From assembly GCA_951406725.2 (NCBI GenBank), contig OX597816.1:161324001-161388000 (forward strand): DNA of 64,000 nt, read 5' to 3'. Under the pieces are notes generated by a model. The model did not search any database. It was not told the DNA's origin and saw nothing but the letters and a program-made list of their open reading frames with translations. Source of the stretch: Octopus vulgaris. Its lineage: Eukaryota. Positions 11,462 to 24,899 of the stretch are shown here, piece after piece. The first letter of the stretch is position 1; each line of letters opens with the position of its first letter. Both the position numbers and the translations under genes were made by a program.

Positions 11462-13334
11462 TATATAATTTTGCTGCAAAATTGAACGGGTTTATAATCA
11501 GTGTCGTTTCAGCCATGGTCATCCCACCCATTTTTTCCCCAGACTTAGTAAGAATTTCATTACCCTAGGTTTGCCTTGCCTTCTGTTCTTCCTTTTTGTT
11601 AAAGATGACAGGGTGTGATTTAAGGGAAGTGTGGTTATTATTTCTGGGCAGTGGAGGTTATCAAAACAGTAAAGCATCATGCCAAATTCTCTTTATGGTT
11701 TCATGCTTCTTGGTTCTGAGTCTAAAACCCTGCATGAATTGATTTTTGCCTTTTATATATCTAAGTTTAAATAAATAATATCATTAATATACCAAGACTG
11801 ATTCGATCAATTATATCACATATTTTTTGAAAAAAAAAAAAAGAAAGAAAATAAAAATAAAAATGGCTTAGTGCCTAGTCACACAAAATCAATATATTTT
11901 ATGGTCTGTTTTGATAGAATGAAATGGTTTTATACTTCTTTACATACAGCAGGAATACGTGGTCATATTTTTTTATTTGTGAGTGTTCCAGCTGGGATGC
12001 CTGTGTATATCTGCTGCAGTAACACCCCTGTTTCTGTCCCTCTATCATAATTTTAGCCTCTCAACAACCTGCACAAAGCCACCTTGCCAATACTGCACCT
12101 CCACTCAGTTGAGGGGTGTCTTAACCTCATCAATGTCATCATCATCATCATCATTGTATTCATTGTCATTGTTGTCTTTGTCTGCTTTTTTATGCTTACA
12201 TGGGTCAGACAGACTTCATTGAGGTAGACTTCCCTTAGCTAGAAGCTCTTCCTGTTGCCAACCCTTTCCTCCCACTAAGCCAGATAATGTTTCCCCATAG
12301 CCAAATATATTTTCGGAAATAGTTGGAATTGGAAACAAAAACACTGCTTGTATGATGGTGAATTTGTTTACAACTCTTGTGCAATGACAAGGTATGGAAA
12401 CATAAATACACACACACACACATGCAATATGTTTCTATTAGTTTTTATCTAGCAAGTCCATTCATAAAGTGTTAGCCCCAGGGCTATAGTTGAAGACATT
12501 TCTCAAGTAGTGAGACTGAAACTAAAATGACATGTTCCAGAAGCAAGTTACTTAACCACACAGCCATATTATGCCATGGTGATGGTGCCACGTGAAAAGC
12601 ACCCCGTGCACACTGTAAAGTGATTGGTATTAGGAAGGGCATCCAACTGTAAAAACCCAGGCCCAAACAGGCTGTGGAAACTGGTGTGACTCCTGGCCTT
12701 GCCAGCTCCTGTCAAACCATCCAACCCATGCCAGCATGGAAAACAGACTGAACTAACGATGTTGATGATGATGATGAGGAGGAGGAGGTGGGTGGCGGTG
12801 GTGGTGGTGGTGGTGGTGGTGGTGTGATGATGGTGGTGGTGGTGGTGGTGGTGGTGGTGATATGACACATAAGTGAATTGGTTTAAATTGGAAAATCAAA
12901 AACCAATGGAGATAAGCAACTCATTATAGAAGCAAGCCAGTTTACAATGGGGTTAATATATACTACAGAGTTAAACAGATAACAGAAAAGAAAAGATGGC
13001 ACAAAGCATAGCTATCTTATTAATTTGTAAATTGTTTTCCTCAGAAGCATATGCTTTGACATTCCTACATTTATGGAATCTTAGTCCCAAAGACAAAGTA
13101 CTTCCTGTTTTAAACATGCTGACTACAAGGAATTCTCATTAATTTGGTCACATAAACCAAAAGACACCAACTTTGATGGAAGGAATTAAGTCTCTCTCTC
13201 TCTCTTTCTCTCTCTTCCTTTCACTTTCTTTCTCTTTCACTCCCTTTCTTCCTTTCACGTTCCTGTTCTCTCTCTCCTACTCTTTCTCTTTCTTCCACCT
13301 CACTTCCCTTCTCCCTCTTTCATCCCCCTTCTCT

Positions 13335-13373
<39 letters not shown>

Positions 13374-14526
13374 TCATCACTTGCTCATTCATTCACAGTC
13401 TCACTCACTCACCCTTTATCTCACTCACTCACTCACTCAACTCATTATATCAATCAAGCTAAAATAATCTTGCCTCAGTCTTTCTAGAAATATCGTTCTG
13501 GTCTAATGCTTTCTTGTTTTATATCTTAGAAAATGCTTTTGAGATGTATAAGCACTTAAATTCTGTCAGTTCTGTTTATCTCAAAGTCAGCCACACAGCC
13601 ATTCTCCCCATCACAAAAATATTATCAAGTAACTTGTCCCTTTTTAAAGGGATTATCCTTTGTTAACATGTAAGTAACTCACCCACTCTTCAGCCCCAAA
13701 ACAAACTTTTGTTTGTTACACCATGGGAATTAACCCTTCCTATATTCTAAAAGGGATTGGGGGGAAATACAAATTAATAAATGTACTTAGTTATGAAAAC
13801 TTCATGCAAAAAATAAATAAATAAATTTTAAAAAATAACCTCTTCCTTGGGAACCTTGCTATGGCCCTAGGCTTGTTTAAGCAGGTGTGTTGAAACTGAA
13901 AGGGATGGTGAATATATAAGTCATTGTGTGGGGTTTCTTTTCCCTTTATGCCATACATTCCTAAAGATTTTCTTTTTCTTTTCCAATTTTCTTCTTTATT
14001 TGTTTATTTATTTATTTATTTATTTATCTATTGTACCACACCCTATGTTTCTCATATTTTTTCTTTGTAGGCAAATAGTTTAGAATTAAGAATACTTTGA
14101 ATTATTCAGAACAATTTTCACATGGTATTCTGGATATTTATTTATTTTTGTTTTTCTTTTAATCTTTCACCTATGTATCGTTATCTAATGTTGTATTATA
14201 CATTAAAACATAGTATAATAAACAGAGAAACTGTTGATAATAGAAGAGATAAAATTAAATGAGAGTTCATTGAATTAAGCGAGGAAATATAAATGTAAGG
14301 TCTTTCTATGAGATTTTTATCTATTTTTCTTTTATTTTCTATTTAAATGATTTGATGACAGATTGTTTTTCTGGTATTTTGCTTAAATTTGGAACATTTT
14401 GCTTACAAATTGCAATAACATCAGTTAATAATGTTAGGATAAGAGAAAAGTCTTTTTAATCACTTTGTAGATCATTTGTAAGCAGGACATCCTGAGATCC
14501 AAGACACACCCCTTTTTCATTGTCGT

Positions 14527-14569
<43 letters not shown>

Positions 14570-14571
<2 letters not shown>

Positions 14572-14906
14572 TGAAGGCACATGGCTCAGTGGTTTGAGTG
14601 TCGAGCTTACGATCGTGGGGTTGTGAGCTTGAATCCTGGACCAGGCTGCGTGTTGTGTTCTTGAGCAAGACACTTTATTTCATATTGCTCCAGTTCACTC
14701 AGCTGAAGAAATGAGTTGCGACATCACAGGTGCCAAGCTGTACCGGCCTTTGCTTTTCTCTTGGATAACACTGGTGGCATGGAGAGGAGAGGCCGGTATG
14801 CATGGGCGACTGCTGGTCTTCCATAAACAACCTTGCCTGGGCTTGTGCCTGAGAGGGTAACTTTCTAGGTGCAATCTCATAGTCAGTCATGACCAAAAGG
14901 GGTCTC
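14570..14906 (+). mobile_element. tRNA-derived SINE (family B)
   Basis: A-box TGGCTCAGTGG and decayed B-box GCTTGAATCC, then TGTGTTCTTGAGCAAGACACTT..CACTCAGCTG central block shared with 40657-40978. Confidence 0.75.
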
Positions 14907-15319
14907 TGATGTATATATCTTTCATCTTTTACTTGTTTCAGTCATAAGATTGTGGCCATGCTGGGGCACCATTTGAATAATTTTTAATTGAATGAATCGA
15001 CCTCCATACTTTTATTTTTCTTAACCTGGTATTTATTCTATTGTCTCTTTTGATGAACTGCTAAGTTATGGGGATGTAAGCACACCAACACCAGTTGACA
15101 AGCAGTAGTGGAGCACAAACACAGATACAAAGATGCACACATATGCACACACACACACACACACACATCATCATCATCATCATCATCCTCATGTTCATCC
15201 TTTGATGTCTGTTTTCCATTCTCACATGGATTGGACAGTTTGACAGAAGCTGACCAGCTGAAGAGCTAGCTGCCCAGGCTCTGTATCTGTTTTGGCATAG
15301 TTTTTACACACACACACAA

Positions 15320-15360
<41 letters not shown>

Positions 15361-15377
15361 TACACACATATATATAC

Positions 15378-15532
15378 ATGGCCTAGTGGTTAGGGCAGCG
15401 GACTCGCGGTCGCAGGATCGCGGTTTCGATTCTCAGACCGGGCGTTGTGTGTGTTTATTGAGCGAAAACACCTAAAAGCTCTACGAGGCTCCGGCAGGGG
15501 GTGGTGATCCCTGCTGTACTCTTTCACCACAA
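15378..15532 (+). mobile_element. 5' half of tRNA-Arg-like SINE (family C)
   Basis: Near-identical to the first ~160 bp of 62078-62461. Confidence 0.8.
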
Positions 15533-15590
15533 TGGCAGTGCCCCAGCATGGCCACAGCTCAAGAGCTGAAACTGGAAAAACGAAAAAACG

Positions 15591-15632
<42 letters not shown>

Positions 15633-16092
15633 CATACAAGGTGAGCAAAAGGTGTACATATGCCGTTAAGTGTAAACAGGCCAAAACTGTAATGATAATT
15701 AGAAGCTTGACTGATGAACAGAGGGCCACGAATGATCTGTCTTGGTTTTTCTTGTCCATCTTTGTACAGTCTATTTATCTTAAGGGGTTTTAGTCAAACA
15801 AATTGACCCCAGGACTTATTCTTTGTAAGTCTAGTACTTATTCTAACCATCTCTATTGCTGAAACGCTAAGTTACAGGGACATTAACACACTAACATCAG
15901 GGACACTCACAAACACAAGCACACAAATATATACATATATATGTATATAGTTGAAAAAGATTAGCGATCTATGCAAATCAAATTTTTATATATAAAAATG
16001 GACATAGAAATTACACAGAAGTAAGTTTAAGACATTTCAATTTAAGAGGGAATTTAATAATAAATGATTCTAAAAAATTATTATATAAAGAA

Positions 16093-16132
16093 AATATTAC
16101 TGGTTTTGATGAATCCCATCTTATCAAATATC
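16093..16132 (-). ncRNA. Decayed type I hammerhead motif
   Basis: GAUAU UUGAUAA GAUG-GGAUU-CAUC AAAA CCAG UA AUAUU. Four transitions restore CUGAUGA / GAAA / CCGG UA; stems I and II still pair. Confidence 0.5.
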
Positions 16133-16212
16133 AGTAAAAATTTATAAAAATTTTAAAGTAAAAGCAGTCTATCTTCTGTCTAGGGGTCAGGAACATGTCG
16201 TATATATATATA

Positions 16213-16660
16213 TCTCTTATTATAAAAGGCAGATTTTATCTGCCTCCCTTTGGGAGTTATACAAATCTACAATGTAGGATTTCTTCAATTACAATTTACC
16301 TAGCATTTTTAAGAGTACAATGCATCGCGTCATGCCAGGTCCAGTTTTTAAAATTTAAACTCCAATTAAGCAAAATTTACAGAAAACTCACATTCTGCTG
16401 TGTGTGTCAAATGCTTTTCTTAGTCTGGTTTACACCACACGCAAACGCACACACACAGTGGGCAACGAATAAAATGAAAGTAAATAGCGACAGAGTGATT
16501 TGAGGAAGACTAAACTGAAAGTATCCTGTCTATGACGCTGATAGATACATGAGTAAAATGTATGGGAAGCTAAGAGCTAAGAGTGAGTAAAAATAGCGAG
16601 AGAGAGAGTGATTTGAGGAAGACTTTCATTAAATAACCGTAGTGGCTTGTGTTAGTAATA
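16213..16660 (+). mobile_element. Unclassified interspersed repeat, possibly a Helitron 5' portion
   Basis: Starts A|TCTCTTATTATAAAA in a TA tract, like the 17428 element. Internal duplication of AAATAGCGA..GAGTGATTTGAGGAAGACT. No 3' hairpin/CTAG seen. Confidence 0.3.
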
Positions 16661-17045
16661 AAGTAAACATACATACATACATACATACATACATACATAC
16701 ATACATACATACATACATACATACATACACACACACACATACACACACACATACATACACACACACATACATACATACACACATACATACATACATACAT
16801 ATACATACATACATACATACATATACATACATACATACACACACACACATACACACACAGTATTGAAGCTTGAGAACAATCAGATACATTTGCAACACAT
16901 CTGTTGAAAATATTATTGTTCACACACATACATATACATATATACATACAGACAGACAGACAGATAGACACACACACACACACACACACATGATCCAGCA
17001 TGGCCACAACCTCAAGGCTGAAACATATAAAAGAATAACAGAATA

Positions 17046-17408
17046 TAAATGTGTGCAAAGTACAAGAAATATTAATGCAGTATATGGGGATTGGACAATA
17101 AGTGTAAGGCAGTGTCAATGGTGGTTCCAGAAATCCCGAGCCATAAACTACAGCCTAGAAGACGAGCCTCATCCTGAAAGATCTGTAGAACTCAACAAGG
17201 ACATCCTGAAAACCCTGGTGGAACAAAATCTCATCGTAACTGTTGAGGAACTAGCAGAGAAGCTTGGATTTGGTCATTCAACCATTCATTGAGACCTGTG
17301 TGCTATCGGAAAAGTCAGCAAATTGGGTCAATGGGTTCCTCACGAACTTTCCGAGTCTAATTGCATGCAGAGAGTGAATGTATGCTTTTCTTTGCTGTCA
17401 CATCTCAC
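17046..17408 (+). mobile_element. Mariner transposase N-terminal fragment (same family as 5358-6220)
   Basis: INAVYGDWTISVRQCQWWFQK...TVEELAEKLGFGHSTIH*DLCAIGKVSKLGQWVPHEL. Confidence 0.9.
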
Positions 17409-17427
17409 CACTACTGCGCTATGTATA

Positions 17428-18063
17428 TCTATATATATAAAACTGTAGTTGTGTGAGAGTCTGTCCCCTTCGATTTAGATTCCTAACTACTCCCACATTT
17501 TGCGGTGCAGTTTAACCAAATTCGGGTAGCTTATAGTCGTGATTCATATCGAGCCCGTCTGAATATTAGCGCGCGTCTACGATGAGTCTACGATTTAAAA
17601 AATAATTTAACATCATTTTTTATTCCATTTTAATGCATAATTTTTCGTGTGTCGATGGCGGCGGAGTTGGCGTCCACGCTCACACCTGCACCTGTGGGGA
17701 AGGGAGTGTAAGGAAATCAACGTCGTAATGCGTTGTCAAGGAGACCAGTGTTCTTTTAGAACAACGACTTCATGGCTTGAAGACACCAAAACAGAAATGG
17801 CTAAGAAAGCGTCTACATGAGTCTACGATTTAAAAAAAAATTTACCATCGTTTTTTTTCCATTTTAATGCATTTTTTCGCTATTATATAAGGGAAGTAAC
17901 TCTCTAAAAATGTCTACGATGAGTCAACGATTTTTAAAAAATTTACCATCATATTTTTTCCATTTTTAATGCATTTTTTGCTATTTTTTGGCTATAACTC
18001 TCTAAAAATGCTTATATAGTTATTTCCCTTACAAACCCGAGCAACGCCGGGCGATACTGCTAG
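17428..18063 (+). mobile_element. Non-autonomous Helitron
   Basis: A|TC 5' end, CTAG|T 3' end, subterminal hairpin CCCGAGCAACGCCGGG (18036-18051), no TSD, three internal ~65-bp repeats, CpG-rich. Confidence 0.88.
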
Positions 18064-18244
18064 TATATATATATATATATATACGACGGGCTTCTTTAAT
18101 TTTCTGTCTACCAAATCCACTCACAAGGCTCTGGTCAGCCTATATCTATAGACACTTACCCAAGGTCCCACACAGTGGGACTGAACCTGTAACCATGTGG
18201 TTGGGGAGCAAGCTTCTTACCACACAACCATGCCTGCAAATATT

Positions 18245-18353
18245 GTTAAAACATTTTGTGTGTGGTAGAAGTATAACCAATTTACTTCACGTAAACTTTA
18301 ACAACAAAATCATGGACCCCTAAGGGTCTTATGGACCCCAGTTGAAAACCACT
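18245..18353 (+). mobile_element. 3' end of hAT-type MITE
   Basis: ATGGACCCC..GTTGAAAACCACT matches the 3' end of 44666-45491. Confidence 0.55.
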
Positions 18354-19214
18354 AATGTAGACAAATCATGAAGTGTGTCTAGAAGTGTCTAGACAAATCA
18401 AGAAGTGTGCCTAGACAAATGAAGAAAGTGAAGGGAACTAATTAACGTATTGTCTCGCACTAATAATTACCAGTAATTGCAGTTTAACCCCAAGTCATTT
18501 TTTATCTAGGAGACTGGTGATCAAAAGTATTCCAGCCATAGCCATCCTGTCTTTTACTCAGGCAATGTATTTAAGCCACATCATATCATGGCTTCTTCAT
18601 TTTTCAAGACAGTAATGTATCATTTGAGGGAGATTTTAGCTGCCCTTTCTTACATGTTGAATGATTGTGAAGTGAAGTAAGGAAGTGAGAATCTTCTTTT
18701 TTTTTTATACCAGGGGCAAATTGGAAGTTTATAAGAGCATGGATGTATTTGTACTAATTAAAATAATGAATCTTGAATTTTACAAATTCATAGATATGTA
18801 ATTTATTTGAAATTAGTTTTGGGTTTGAGGCTTAAATAGTTTTTCTGTAATAGGTATTTAGAGAACTTTGTTAGCAGGTGGTTTCACACTTGAATGTGTG
18901 CAAAGGTTTCCTCCTACCCTAATTTAAAGGTTCCTTTGTTATTTGAGTAATTACTAAACGAGATGTAAATGAAATTAAATGGAGTGGTTCAGCTTAGAAT
19001 GGAATTTATGCCATAGACTCAGCTTGCTAGGAATTTATTATCAATCAAAAATACTTGCACGCTTTAACATTCTCCTTACTAATTTACTTTGTGTTAAGTA
19101 GAGAAAGTCATTAATTATAAGCATTATATTGGAAAATTTAGGGATGCTGGATAATTCGGTTTTAAGTTCTTTACTAAATGCAGGAAATAGCTGAGGACAG
19201 TTTTAAGGCTATAT

Positions 19215-19438
19215 GTGGCAAGCTGGCAGAAACTTTAGCACACCGGGCGAAATGCGTAGCCGTATTTCGTCTGCCGTTACATTCTGGGTTCAAATTCTGC
19301 CGAGGTCAACTTTGCCTTTCATCCTTTCGGGGTCAATAAATTAAGTACCAGTTACACACTGGGGTCGATGTAATCGACTTAATCCCTTTGTCTGTCCTTG
19401 TTTGTCCCCTCTATGTTTAGCCCCTTGTGGGTAGTAAT
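19215..19438 (+). mobile_element. tRNA-derived SINE (family D)
   Basis: GGTTCAAAT B-box-like motif, then GCCTTTCATCCTTTCGGGGTCAATAAATTAAGTACCAG core. Other copies at 23822-24271 (dimer), about 31585-31780 (-) and 52525-52665 (-). Confidence 0.75.
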
Positions 19439-20672
19439 ATATATTAAAATATATATTAAAATGTTCAGTAATCATCTCTGGCAGGCTCGCAAGACCTGCA
19501 CTTGATCTACTGCAGCTGAAGCTACTTGACACAACAGAATAGTGATGACTCTTGTGTGCTCTTCCATATTCTCTCTGTTGTTCTCCTCAAAATCTTGAAT
19601 TACAAGCTTCAGTGATTGGTGGCATTCATCATGCCACCAGACTTTACCCTCCGGTGTCTGGAGAGTGTTGGAGCTTTACAAATGTCTCTTCAACACATCC
19701 GTGTGTTACAACTCCTGACCACTATGGCTGCACCTCCTCTGATGTAGTTCAGCACAGAAAATTGACATTACAGATCTAGAACTGCATTATCTAGTATGTC
19801 TACATTTTTTTCTTTATAAGATAACAGTCTATATGTAAGGGACGTTTCGCCCAAGTTGACTTATTTTTCAACCTCCTCTAACTATTTTGCCATTTCCCTT
19901 ACATTAACCAATTCTTTCATTTACTAAAATGCTGATAGCATGGTGTTAGTACTTTTTGTCTTTTATTTCAGTAGTTCCTGCATTTCTGTTTAGAATGTTG
20001 TTTACTCTGTGTTCCCAGTATTGCATTAATTATGTAAAAGCTGACTTTTAAAATGACATGGGTAATTATCAAACTTTTGCTGTAAATACACTTGTTTGAG
20101 ATGAAAGGTGATCACTTATCCACTTCCCTTCTTCCTCTGGTAAATAACATGTGTTTCATCTAATTTGATATATTTTGTAACAGATGCAAAGGAATGCAAG
20201 ACAGCAGTGATTACTGATAGGATTTCCCTGTCAAATTAAATTATTGTTTTTGTATGGGCCCCATGCTTTAAATATGTGGAACCTATTATCTATTTAACAG
20301 TTTTATGGCTGGTTTTACCCTTAATAATGTTGTTGTAACTTATTTCACAACAATAGATTGCTTATAGGCAAAGTGCATCTGAACTATTTAAAGAAGCACA
20401 AACGAAATTAGGTACAAAATACTTAATTTCTTAAGCCACTACTTTGTTGGTGTTGTTACATAGTAACAAATTTTTTTTTTGTTACACATATAGGCATGGG
20501 CATGGGTGGGTGGTTGAGACATAAGTACTGCCATGGTTGTGTGATTAACAATCTCATTTGCAATCATGTAATTTTGGGTTCAGTCCCACTATGTGCAATG
20601 CCTTGGGCAAGCCCCAGGTTGATTGAATGCCTTGTGAGTGAATTTGGTAAACAGAATCTGTGGAAGCTTGTA

Positions 20673-20736
<64 letters not shown>

Positions 20737-20759
20737 CATACACACACATACACACACAT

Positions 20760-20790
<31 letters not shown>

Positions 20791-20861
20791 AAAGTACAAA
20801 CTTCCACACAGTTTCTGTCAACCAAATTCACTCATACACACACACACATGTATGTATGAAT

Positions 20862-21259
20862 CAAGCATGTACCATCAGTAATTACTCAGGGTAGGTAGCT
20901 GGTGACGTTTATGTAGTAAAACACACAAAAACTATAAGCAAGACACAGGTACGCAACTGAGTTGGAGGCAGAGTTACTTCTGCCTTCATAGCGCATAAAG
21001 AAAACGTAGGAACATACGCAGCACGTGTACTACAGCAGCTCTATGTGTAGCTTTGATACTGAAATAAAAAGGCAGGGGTGAATTATGCCTACCTAATCCA
21101 CAAAAAAATAGAATATTTTGTATTTTATGCATAGTAATCATAGCAACCTTCATGATTCTATTGAATTAGGTGCATATTTTGCCATAAAAGGAAAATATTA
21201 CAATCGATCTATTTTATTCAGGTAGGCACTGCCTACCTTGCCTACCCAGCACATCCCAG
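20862..21259 (-). mobile_element. ~400-bp MITE, copy 2
   Basis: Reverse complement of 8270-8667. Confidence 0.75.
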
Positions 21260-21974
21260 GTATGCATGCATGCAGGTATGTATGTATGTGTGCGCATGTG
21301 TGTATGTATGTGGGTGTGCGCATGTGTTTGTGTTTGTCTCTTCCCCCACTTAACGACTGGTTTCGGTTTGAGTCTCCAGAATTTAGAGGTTTGGTAAAAA
21401 AACCCATTAAGATAAGTATCAGACTTTAAAAACAAGTACTGAGGTCAATTTGTTCCATTAAAATACTTCAAGGCAGTACCCCAGCATGGCCACAGACCAA
21501 TGGCTGAAATGACTGAAAGCTAAAAGATATGCACACATGGTGTTTTATACACACTCACACACACTGTTCATTGTGTTGAAAGAATGAACTCAGTGAAAAG
21601 TGTGAGGATCCTTTAGTTTCGTATGATGAAAATTGTTCAAAAAACAGTTATTGGAAATAAATGTCATTTGGAAATAAATGTCAAATGTCATACTTGAATT
21701 TTAATTTTATCATTTTTATTGAAATAAAATAAAAAATTTAGAATAATTAACATTTTGTAGTTGTTGCCAGTGCCACTAGACTGGCTCCTGTGCAGGTGGC
21801 ACGTAAAAAACACCATTGGAGCATGGCTGTTGCCAGTACCACCTGACTGGCCCTGTGGAATACCATCCCATACACAATATTAACAAGTCTGAATATAATG
21901 CTATATCAATATGCATGTGTGTGTGGGTGTCGGTGTCAGTGCATAGATGTGTATGTACATGCATATATTCATAT

Positions 21975-22305
21975 CATCATCATCATCATTCAGTGTTTTA
22001 AATCTAGGTTTTGTCCCTGTTAACGGGGTTGGCCGGATCTACCTCAATGCCATAGCAACTGAGGCAGGCAGGTACAGCCCACTCCAACCTTTGGGCTGGC
22101 TGATGCCCCATTCTCCCTTGCTATCATGAGGCTTTTTTGGAGCTGGATTTTCTATGGGGAGCATGTTCTTGCTGACCCCCAACCTCAGTTTCTAGACATG
22201 ATTGGTCCTGAGACCGAGGCCTCTACCACTATTTTTAAGAAATGCGGTGGAAAACTAGCTCAGAAAGGCAGGGACGCTACTCCGTGAGACCCCTTTTGGA
22301 GCCTC
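21975..22305 (-). mobile_element. Short retroposon-like repeat with (GAT)n tail
   Basis: Second copy at about 40140-40450; both end next to a (CAT)n tract on the plus strand. Confidence 0.6.
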
Positions 22306-23821
22306 CTATGTACATATATGCAAGAAAAAGTGTGTGAGTGTGTGTCTGTTTGTAAGTTTATATGTATCTATACACATATGTATACATACTGTGTGCAGGC
22401 ATGTATATAATAGGTTGCATAATAAGTAATGGACATGTGAGCATTGAATTACTTTCCTTGGTTCATTTTGTATTCTAGTCTGTGACTATGACAGTGTGCA
22501 TGTGTGTATATACCAGCATTTGTGTGTATGTGTGCATTTGAAAAACTAGAAATTCTATTGAATAATTTCCCTGAACTAAATCTTATTTTAATGATGTAGT
22601 ACATGTCCATTCTTGTTCAATGCATTTCATAGGTATTTGTACAAGTGTGTGTTTGTTTATGTATGAAATATTTGTCGTTATGTATTTGCTTGTGGGTTGA
22701 ATATATGTTTGTATGTGTGTGTGTGTGTGCTTATGGGTGTATATATTCATGTAGACACCCAATTAACCATAACTGAAGATAAACAACAAACCAGGTCTGA
22801 GATTAAACAAAATACCATTCCCAAATGACTGTGTGGGAGGATTTGTTCTTTCAAAGTGGCACCATCTGGAGAATGTCCATGGATAAGGACATGGAACTGA
22901 ATAACAGAATGCTGTCAGCTGGAACTATCTAACTCTACACATTAATTATTTACTCTGAACTGTTGAATTCTTGTTTACTTTCTGTTTTATTGTGTATGTT
23001 ACTACACTCACAGATTCACTACTCTGTCATCATCATCATCATCATTTTCGGTGTTGTCATGACCACTACCACCAATATTGTCGTTTTAATATCTAATTTT
23101 TCCTCGCTTGCATGGGTCAGGTGGAATTCATTGTGGCAGATCTTTCAACTGCTGGATGTCCTTCCTGTCACCAACCTACACCTGTTTCCAAGCAAGGAAA
23201 TATTTCTCCAAGGCTGGACATGTATTTGCAGAAGATTGGGAACGAATGTCACAACTTGTATGAGGATGACACTTGTTTACAGCCACCACACTATATCAAG
23301 GAGTGTTTGAAGGTGTGTTTGTTTTAAGGACACACAAACACACACACACACATAACAGGCTTCTTTTTGTCGACTAAATCCACTCGCAAGGTTTTGGTCG
23401 ATCTGGGGGTCATGGTAGAAGACACTTGCTCAAGTCACCACACAGCAGGACTGAACCCAAAACTGTATGATTGCGAATCAAACTTCTTAACCATTCACCC
23501 ATCTTTGTGTGTATGTGTATTTTGATTTTAGTCATTGGACTACAGCCACACTGGGGCACAATCTGGAAGACTTTTACTTGGATCATATTGACCCTAATAC
23601 CTATTTTTTTAATCTCTGTTTATCTTACAATTTTACAGAAAGGGATGCAAATCTTTAAGTCCATAAATCACTATATATTGTTTGTGAAAGTATTCAACCC
23701 TGTTCTATGTAGAAATTTCATTCGTTGTTTTCTCATAGAGCTATAAATAAAAACATATTTTTCAGGAGAAGCTGATTGCCATGGTGTTTTCTCTTTTGGA
23801 AGCAATGAATATTATGTAATT

Positions 23822-24271
23822 AAGGTGGTAAGCTGGCAGAAACATTAGCACATCGGGCAAAATGCTTAGCGATATTTTGTCTGTCTTTATGTTCTGAGTT
23901 CAAATGCTGCCAAGATTGACTTTGCTTTTCATCATTTCAGGGTCAATAAATTAAGTATTAGTTGCGTACAGGGGTCAATCTAATTGACTGCCCCCCTTCC
24001 CCAAAATTTCAGGCCTTGTGTCTAGAGTAGAAAAGAATAATTCTTTCTAATTTTCAAGGCACCGAGTTGGCAGAAACGTTAGTACATTGGGTGAAATGCT
24101 TAGCAGTATTTCATCTGTCTTTATGTTCTGAGTTCAAATTCTGCTGAGGTCAGTTTTGCCCTTCATCCTTTCAGGGTCAATAAATTAAATACCAGTTGCG
24201 TACTTGGGTCGATCTAATCAGTTACCCCTAACTCACTCCCCCAAAATTTCAGGCCCTGTGCCTAAAGAAAA
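23822..24271 (+). mobile_element. Head-to-tail dimer of family-D SINE
   Basis: Two ~215-bp monomers bracketed by one 15-bp direct repeat, GAATATTATGTAATT (23807-23821, 24272-24286). Confidence 0.8.
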
Positions 24272-24899
24272 GAATATTATGTAATTGTTTATCTCACTTG
24301 ACCTTGTGTATTTATAACTATTGGTGATACTTCGTAATAGAATTATTGGTGCCAAGAGAGGCACTCTTTCATAAAATACCTAATCTATGAACTTCTGCAA
24401 TTATTAATTTTTAATGATTCATGAATCATACTGTTTTACAACTTCCTCCAAAACCTGTTATATCACAAGAGCCATTATTGTCAGGACAGGCCATTCTCTT
24501 ATAAAATACCTTCCAGGAACCTTGACCATTCACTATATTAACTGATTCATCAAACACTGTTCTACAACCTCTTCTAAAAGCCATAATATTGTCATAAATT
24601 ATGTGTCTTTATCTGTGGTTTGTTTTATTAATTTCTTTTAGATTGTGTAAAAATTAACACTTTCAGTTTACCAATGTTTCTCTATTTCTGCAATGATTTG
24701 GTGTTTTATTCTAGTTCATAGGCTTGGCTGTGTCATTAAGAAGTTCACTTCCCGGCCATATGGCTTCAGGTTCAGTCCCACTATGTGACACCTTGGGCAA
24801 GTGTCTTCTACTATAGCCCCCTGGGTAACCAAAGCCTTGTGAGTAGATTTAGTAGCTTGAAACTGAAAGAAGTCTGTTTTATATACATATATAAAACAT

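Noticed and set aside
14071-14123. Strong acceptor TTTTTTCTTTGTAG
   Set aside because: Stops in all three frames before any good donor.
15700-15745. CTGATGA motif (also at 54002 and 59360)
   Set aside because: No correctly placed GAAA and stems to complete a hammerhead.
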